A stretch of 64,000 nucleotides of DNA from contig CAZIMC010000003.1 in the NCBI GenBank assembly GCA_964540475.1, positions 40,789 through 104,788 on the forward strand, given 5' to 3'. The notes under the pieces are model-generated. The model was not told the DNA's origin. It was given only the letters and a program-made list of their open reading frames with translations, and searched no databases. Shown here one piece after another: positions 58,817-64,000 of the stretch. The stretch comes from an uncultured Gammaproteobacteria bacterium (GTDB lineage Bacteria > Patescibacteriota > Microgenomatia > UBA8517). Numbering within the stretch: the first letter of the stretch is position 1; each line of letters opens with the position of its first letter. Made by a program: the position numbers and the translations under genes.

Positions 58817-58821
58817 TTTGC

Positions 58822-59103
58822 TTGAAAGCCGGTTTTCACCCGTTAGAATGGGTTATGGCTAGACTCAAGACAAAAGAGGTCAAAAATCAGATAGCAGAGC
58901 AAAGGAAGAGGTTTTATGGTGAAGAGACTAAATCTGGCACAATGGCTGCCCTAGAGAGCGATGACGACACTATAAAAGCCTTAGGAAAGGTTGTCGGTGA
59001 AGATGCGGTGGAGCGAATTGCTGAAGGAAAGCCTTTTAATATTGACGATGAAGTAGCCCGGGATGAGCGTAAAAGAAGAACTAAACCAAATAAGAAAGCT
59101 TAA
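58822..59103 (+). CDS. Hypothetical charged 93-aa protein
   Basis: ORF only; its 3' end overlaps the convergent nuclease gene. Confidence 0.35.
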   Translation: MKAGFHPLEWVMARLKTKEVKNQIAEQRKRFYGEETKSGTMAALESDDDTIKALGKVVGEDAVERIAEGKPFNIDDEVARDERKRRTKPNKKA

Positions 59104-60466
59104 TTACTTGTATGTTTCGTGCGTTTCCAGTTAATATGCGATTTGAAAATATCTTGTATATATCATAATCAAAATGTAAATCATCAAAATGTATACTCCT
59201 CAGACCGTCAGAATTCTTTATTTGTCCTAGATAGCACCACTTATAAATTACATGAAAGATGTCCGATTCTTTAACAATGACCACATCTTCAAACGGCCAG
59301 CTTTTTATTTTTGTTTTGAAAAATGCCTCGTCAAAACGCATATTGTATTTAAGTGGGGGCTCAGCTTTGATGCAGGCACCCTTACACTTTTCAATCTGAA
59401 GGCCAAAGCACGCTTTAGAAGATTTTTCCAGACCCAACAACTTATCACAAAGAGTGTATTCGTCAGATAGCGCAGTCAAAGCACTTTTAGCCTGCTTTAT
59501 ATTGCGGTAGATTCCGACCACTTTTTGCAAATCCACCGTTGTTAAATTATCTCTAATAGACATGTGGGCCGTTAAATACCCATCCTTATTTATGTTTTTA
59601 ATAAGAACTACCATTTCTTTTAATTCCCTAAGCCTTCTGTTATATGTTGGTTTAAGTTTTTGAATAAGTTCCTTCTCCCTTAGAAGTGCTGCAAGCTCAC
59701 CGTTTTTGACTTCGGTTTCAATATGGTGAACCAGCTGCGTAATCTGGAACTCGCGTGTTGATTTGTGTGAAGTATAAAAATGACTTAGAACTCTCGACTT
59801 AATGTCTTTGCTTTTGCCTACGTAAAGCGGAGTACCGATCTTATTATAGAAAATGTATACTCCACACTCGCTTGGTAATTTATCGACCTGATCATTTGAA
59901 AGTCCTTGAGGGAGAGTTGGCTTTTTGAGCAAGTTTTTAATTGCGATTTCAAGTTTCCTGCTGTCCTGTTTATGTACTGTCTCGAAAAAACTAAATATAA
60001 CCGTTGCATCCGGTAGCGCCCTGTGTCTCGGTTTACAAGACAGGTCAAACCGTTCAATAATACTATCTAAATTATGCCTTTTATAACTAGGGAAAAGTAA
60101 TCTTGAAAGCTTGGCGCTGCACAGCGATTTTTGCTTAAATTTTTTGCCAACTCGTTCGTATTCGTTTTTAAGAAATCCTGTGTCAAATCTTGCATTATGC
60201 GCAACTAGTAGGCTATCTGAAAGTAGGTCTTCGACCTTTTCTATGATTGACAGGAAGTTTGGAGCCCTAACTAAGTCAACTTGCCGAATTCCTGTAAAAC
60301 GCTCAATCTCTGTGGGCACATAAATACCGGGGTCAACCAAGCTTTCAAATGTTTCCTTGACTTGAAAGTTCTCTACTCGCACAATACCAATTTCAATTAC
60401 TCGGTCATGAGTAACTGAAGTTCCAGTCGTTTCAAGGTCAAGAAACGTCAAGATCTTGGGGATCAT
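59081..60466 (-). CDS. Fusion nuclease: N-terminal DnaQ-like DEDDh 3'-5' exonuclease plus C-terminal GIY-YIG endonuclease (Cho-like)
   Basis: Exo I FLDLETTG, Exo II HNARFD, Exo III HRALPDA; GIY-YIG GVYIFYN...YVGKSKDIKSRV...H. Confidence 0.75.
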   Translation of the reverse strand: MIPKILTFLDLETTGTSVTHDRVIEIGIVRVENFQVKETFESLVDPGIYVPTEIERFTGIRQVDLVRAPNFLSIIEKVEDLLSDSLLVAHNARFDTGFLKNEYERVGKKFKQKSLCSAKLSRLLFPSYKRHNLDSIIERFDLSCKPRHRALPDATVIFSFFETVHKQDSRKLEIAIKNLLKKPTLPQGLSNDQVDKLPSECGVYIFYNKIGTPLYVGKSKDIKSRVLSHFYTSHKSTREFQITQLVHHIETEVKNGELAALLREKELIQKLKPTYNRRLRELKEMVVLIKNINKDGYLTAHMSIRDNLTTVDLQKVVGIYRNIKQAKSALTALSDEYTLCDKLLGLEKSSKACFGLQIEKCKGACIKAEPPLKYNMRFDEAFFKTKIKSWPFEDVVIVKESDIFHVIYKWCYLGQIKNSDGLRSIHFDDLHFDYDIYKIFSNRILTGNARNIQVIKLSYLV

Positions 60467-60475
60467 GGGAGCTAA

Positions 60476-61651
60476 TTATACTACAGACGAGGGTTTGAAT
60501 GCGGTTTCCGGTTTGGTTAGCTTTTTATGTGTTTGGTAAGCATACATTAAAAACCCAAAGGCCAGAAAAAGTTCCGAGACTTCCTGCCAACCACCAAACC
60601 CAATCCATTCTCCGGTAAACATGCGGTAATGAAAAACCATATATTTGTTAGTGAATGAAAACATAAAGGTTGAGAAGAAATAGAAAAACAGAATTGGTTT
60701 TGGCAAAAACAATGACAATTTACTAAATAGTTTAGGTCTTAGATTTTTAACGAGCATATAACCCATAGCGCCATACAACCCCACGAGAATGTGGAGGTAA
60801 TGTATGTGTTTCTGAACAAATTCTAAATTATGCACAGTCAACTCATCTTGTAAATTCATTACCCGGACCTCCTCTGGTGTTTCAAGGCCGATTATTCGCT
60901 GGGTCCAGGAGATCTCCTCCATTGAGATAATAAACATGGAAGCTGCTAGTAAGTAGAAGAGTATTGCATACGATTTTCGTTTGACGCTTTGTAGCTTGCG
61001 ACCGATTTTAAGCGCTAAGAAGCTTGTTGCTAAAAATAACACAAACTGTATATATTCAAATATGTTATCTTCTGAGACGAGTAAACCAAATAGCGGGTTT
61101 ACAAAAACTTCGAGAAATACAAGCAAAATAAAAAGAATAGGACCAGTGAAATAAAGTGCCCGTTTAACAAAACTGTTTGCAAATCTTTTTGCATAATAAA
61201 TATAAATAATTGACCCGCTTAATGCTGCCAATTGAGCGAAGTTGACTGGTTGAATTCTAATGGTATTCAAAATGAACGTTTCGTGGATAAAATGATCTGC
61301 GAGCACAGTTAAAATAGAAAGAGTGGCAAGAATGGGGAAAAGGACTTTTTTGTTAATGTCTACTAACTTAGTAGAAATCGGATATTTGTTAGCAAGTGCA
61401 AGCAAGATGTTGAAAGCGGTGAAAAGTACCAGGATAAATGTAGAATGAACATTAAAATATTTAATGCTTGTAAGTGGATAACTATAAGAATCTATTAATA
61501 TTAAAAGCGCGGTTACAAGAAGGAATAAGTTTACAATCATCGTTATACAGTTCCAAAAGTATAACAGCTTGAAATATTTATGCCAACCTGAATTAGAAAC
61601 CCACAACAGATTTTTGTAGGACTTTTTGGACCGTGTTTGAAGGGATTGCAA
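60476..61651 (-). CDS. Polytopic (~9-10 TM) membrane protein of unknown family (the start is more likely the internal Met near 61540)
   Basis: ORF with regularly spaced hydrophobic helices; 9 nt from the downstream nuclease gene. Confidence 0.5.
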   Translation of the reverse strand: MQSLQTRSKKSYKNLLWVSNSGWHKYFKLLYFWNCITMIVNLFLLVTALLILIDSYSYPLTSIKYFNVHSTFILVLFTAFNILLALANKYPISTKLVDINKKVLFPILATLSILTVLADHFIHETFILNTIRIQPVNFAQLAALSGSIIYIYYAKRFANSFVKRALYFTGPILFILLVFLEVFVNPLFGLLVSEDNIFEYIQFVLFLATSFLALKIGRKLQSVKRKSYAILFYLLAASMFIISMEEISWTQRIIGLETPEEVRVMNLQDELTVHNLEFVQKHIHYLHILVGLYGAMGYMLVKNLRPKLFSKLSLFLPKPILFFYFFSTFMFSFTNKYMVFHYRMFTGEWIGFGGWQEVSELFLAFGFLMYAYQTHKKLTKPETAFKPSSVV

Positions 61652-62384
61652 AATTAATATTCTGACCCATTGAGGTGCTCGCAGTATTTACACCAACCAC
61701 TTGTCCGTTGGTATTTAGTAGCGGTCCGCCGGAATTTCCAGGATTAATTGCAGCATCAGTTTGGATAACATCATCTAGCTTTGCAACGGACCCCTCATGC
61801 GGCGATCCTGCCACAATACCGCGTCCAAGCCCCGAAATAACTCCTGTGGTAACAGTGTTGTCAAACTCTCCAAAGGTGGTTCCGATAGCTATAACAGCTT
61901 GACCCAGTTGCAAATTAGAAGAATCGGCGATTGGTATACTTTTTAGGTTATTGGCATTGATCCCAAGAATTGCAATATCGTGTGTGTTGTCTTTGTATAT
62001 TGAGACAACCGGGTACTCCTTTTTGTCATTTGTAACCACTGTGTAATTTAAAGAGTCAGAGGCAACAACGTGCCGGTTCGTGATAATTCTGCCGTTTTGC
62101 GAGGCCACAAAGCCACTTCCGATGTTTTGCGATACCTCTCGTTCACCTAGTGCTGTGGGGACTGTCCCGCTTGCCTTGATTGTTACAACAGAATCAACTG
62201 CCCCTTCAACAATTGGGACAATTGAAAATGTATCTTGTGCAGGGCTTGCAGGTTGTTGGTTTGTGATCGACGGGAAAAATGAAAATATCCCCGACAAATT
62301 TTGCAGGAAAACATTTAAAAAGATCTGCATTACCAATACCAGAGCGATTAACTGGGTAAATCTGCCTGTATATGTTGTTTCCAT
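61593..62384 (-). CDS. Signal-anchored trypsin-like serine protease (S1C/HtrA catalytic domain, no PDZ)
   Basis: Catalytic-triad context HVVASD...D...GNSGGPLLNTNGQVVGVNTA. Confidence 0.8.
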   Translation of the reverse strand: METTYTGRFTQLIALVLVMQIFLNVFLQNLSGIFSFFPSITNQQPASPAQDTFSIVPIVEGAVDSVVTIKASGTVPTALGEREVSQNIGSGFVASQNGRIITNRHVVASDSLNYTVVTNDKKEYPVVSIYKDNTHDIAILGINANNLKSIPIADSSNLQLGQAVIAIGTTFGEFDNTVTTGVISGLGRGIVAGSPHEGSVAKLDDVIQTDAAINPGNSGGPLLNTNGQVVGVNTASTSMGQNINFAIPSNTVQKVLQKSVVGF

Positions 62385-62454
62385 AAATTCCCTTAATACA
62401 ATGCTATGCCTTAAAACAAAGAATTAATTAAGGGGAATGTTAACGATTGGTAAG

Positions 62455-62531
62455 GTGGAAAAAACATAAGCGGCATGGGGCATTCGGGGGTTGGCTTGTA
62501 GGCCGACTCTCCAAGCGCCTTGGCCGCTTAT
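62455..62531 (-). terminator. Rho-independent terminator for the 62975-62538 gene: 9-bp stem ATAAGCGGC/GCCGCTTAT (with inner CCAAG/CTTGG hairpin) followed by a U6 tract
   Basis: Inverted repeat at 62466-62474 and 62523-62531; the minus-strand transcript continues ...G-UUUUUU-CC. Confidence 0.6.
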
Positions 62532-62537
62532 TTGCTC

Positions 62538-62975
62538 CTATCGAAGCACCAAAGGCAAGTAGATTGCCTGAAGCACCTGATAGGTGAAGGGTGGGGCGCT
62601 GTTGGCATTGCCAACTGAAACTAACACCCCGACCTTCATGGGAGCTGCGGTTGACCAACTGGCGGGCAGAAACGCGCAAATCTGCGTTTCCTCCCATGTG
62701 TGCACGGTATAGTAATCATACCAATACGCACCTCCACTTGGCAGTGACAGCACCAACATCAGATCCCTGACGGTGAACCCGTCTGGGATTGGAAGGAAGC
62801 CTTCGCCTTGGACACAAAAATGCTGTCCAGGGATTGCACCTTCCGATGGCAACACACCCATCACTATCGGGTGGTCCCCATGTGTGGCGGTTGCAATTGA
62901 CCAATTCCCCGCAACTGGGGTTAAGGCCAATAACACTGCCAACACAATTCTTACTGCAGTCTTGTTCATTTCCAA
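62538..62975 (-). CDS. Secreted 145-aa protein of unknown function, encoded in a GC-rich (~55 %) segment with a strong AGGAG SD
   Basis: AGGAG 7 nt upstream of the ATG; signal peptide MEMNKTAVRIVLAVLLALTPVAGNWSIATA; terminator downstream. Confidence 0.55.
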   Translation of the reverse strand: MEMNKTAVRIVLAVLLALTPVAGNWSIATATHGDHPIVMGVLPSEGAIPGQHFCVQGEGFLPIPDGFTVRDLMLVLSLPSGGAYWYDYYTVHTWEETQICAFLPASWSTAAPMKVGVLVSVGNANSAPPFTYQVLQAIYLPLVLR

Positions 62976-63292
62976 TCTCCTTGTGGATAGTGGTTGAAAA
63001 AGCCGACGTTAAAAGTACCAGCTAAATACTCTTAATGCCGGCTTCTTCATGAACAAGCCGTTTAAATTCAATGTGCAAAGGCTTAAAGCCTAAACTGCCG
63101 TGCCTAGTTTAGAAAATAGGCACAAAAAAGGAGCTGCTTGCCGCAACTCCATACTTGGCAGTATATAAGTATATTAACATAAAAAGGCTCAAAAGTCAAC
63201 CTATAGGGTATTAAAATCAGCGATTTGGGGCCCTAATTAAACTAAAAGTTAATCTCTGGAAAGTCTTCGTTGTACGTATTCTGCAACAAAAT

Positions 63293-63622
63293 TTAATACT
63301 GGATAATAAATTTCTTCGTACTCATCATCCCCTGGTTTGTGGACCTTTCTGTAACCACACAATCTTCTACAGTCAAATTACGGTTTACGACTGAATCGTC
63401 GTAACTCACAATAGCTCCGTGTGCAATTTCTACACCGTCCTTGTCAAATTTTGGAAAAAGCACTAACTCCCAATGTTCGATATCGCCAATATTCTTAAAT
63501 TCATCGTCATCTCTGACGCAGAATTTTAATTCAATGTCTCTGCGTCTTTTAAGGCTGTTTGTTATTACGCTTGGGTAAACAACAGTTAAATTATCGATTC
63601 TAAAAATGCAGCCATCTTCCAT
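63293..63622 (-). CDS. Hypothetical 109-aa protein
   Basis: ORF only. Confidence 0.35.
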   Translation of the reverse strand: MEDGCIFRIDNLTVVYPSVITNSLKRRRDIELKFCVRDDDEFKNIGDIEHWELVLFPKFDKDGVEIAHGAIVSYDDSVVNRNLTVEDCVVTERSTNQGMMSTKKFIIQY

Positions 63623-63780
63623 TTCATGAATAAATGGAATTTTAAGTTGCTTACGTACACTTTCGACACGCCATAAACTACCGTTTATTTCCGTATATCA
63701 GCCTTCCCCTTCAATCACATGAGGCTATTATGCCAACATCCGTTTATATTGCGAGCCTTAAATAGTGTAAACTTAACTAC

Positions 63781-64000
63781 GTGAGACAAAATAAAGGTGC
63801 TATACATTTAGCTGTTATTGTTGTTATTGCTTCGATCGCAGTTCTGGCGGTATTATATCTTAGAACTATTAGCGAAACTCCAGACCCACCGGCACCGCGG
63901 TTAATGTCCTCTCCGCCGTTACAACAAAATGCCTACCCAATTGTAAAAGAGTCAACAAAGCCGACTACTAACGATACATGGATTATTCCAGATTTACCAG
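63781..64000 (+). CDS. 5' part of a gene for a signal-anchored protein (GTG start; continues beyond the window)
   Basis: Open frame VRQNKGAIHLAVIVVIASIAVLAVLYL... runs to the window end. Confidence 0.3.
   Translation, partial: MRQNKGAIHLAVIVVIASIAVLAVLYLRTISETPDPPAPRLMSSPPLQQNAYPIVKESTKPTTNDTWIIPDLP

Noticed and set aside
62791-62800. GGAAGGAAGC resembling the SRP-RNA domain IV motif inside the GC-rich segment
   Set aside because: It lies inside a well-supported minus-strand CDS with SD, signal peptide and terminator. The flanking sequence cannot form the SRP helix with a GGAA tetraloop.
62440-63025. Additional ORFs in the GC-rich island (62440-62697, 62716-62904, 62773-62997, 62789-63025)
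   Set aside because: They overlap the SD- and signal-peptide-supported gene and each other. They are an artefact of high GC leaving all frames open.
1-64000. CRISPR array, cas genes, reverse transcriptase/DGR, integrase or transposase
   Set aside because: There are no arrays of regular direct repeats in any intergenic region, and the longest non-coding gaps are under 320 nt. No ORF shows RT (YxDD), Cas, recombinase or transposase motifs.

Overview
A 64 kb chromosomal segment of a small-genome, low-GC (roughly 35-40 % by eye) bacterium. The gene content and style point to a Patescibacteria/CPR-like organism, which is an inference from several visible traits. Genes are tightly packed, with many 1-4 nt overlaps. 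Shine-Dalgarno sequences are mostly absent. Canonical sigma70 promoters often sit so close to the start codon that the transcript must be leaderless. Single tRNA genes are scattered between protein genes. Some sugar-metabolism enzymes are of the archaeal type. The standard genetic code is in use, because TGA serves as the gatA stop in the ATGA overlap at 30499-30502.

Gene order runs as follows. A dcw cell-division cluster (ftsW 3' end, murG, ftsQ, ftsA, ftsZ), ileS and a second SEDS protein come first. Then come rplU and rpmA, an orphan parB, lepB and tRNA-Val. A secreted LamG-like lipase is followed by a seven-gene surface-glycosylation locus (methyltransferase, GT4, GT2, flippase, GT-C, GT2, O-antigen-ligase-like) and an Ig-like protein.

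A minus-strand block follows, carrying tRNA-Thr, tRNA-Gly and tRNA-Asp. Between them sit an FNR-like oxidoreductase, NUDIX and LysM genes, and a plus-strand Cys-rich peptide plus membrane-protein pair. Next come polX, lemA and htpX, then gatC and gatA, an MFS transporter and gatB, a GGDEF protein and dnaE. After these are rplS, yraN, sodA, ruvC, an HExxH protein, holA, phosphomannomutase (PMM), PGI/PMI, ppsA and eno.

The last part holds dedA and lexA, divergent from uvrB and uvrA, then a transglutaminase-like protein, uvrC, a holin-like protein, secG and an orphan substrate-binding protein. It ends with a minus-strand operon of a secreted S1 protease, an unknown polytopic membrane protein and a DnaQ-exonuclease/GIY-YIG fusion nuclease. 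Beyond that lie a GC-rich (~55 %) island encoding an SD-led secreted protein with a textbook terminator, and two hypothetical ORFs.

No CRISPR array, reverse transcriptase, integrase or transposase was found. The most unusual items are listed here. (1) The protease / membrane-protein / exonuclease-GIY-YIG operon. (2) The GC-rich island. (3) Foreign genes wedged inside conserved operons: an MFS transporter inside gatCAB and a transglutaminase inside uvrA-uvrC. (4) Recombination scars: a duplicated tRNA-Thr 5' fragment, a sodA 3'-end duplication and a GC-rich tRNA-Val-adjacent remnant. (5) The pervasive leaderless-promoter architecture.
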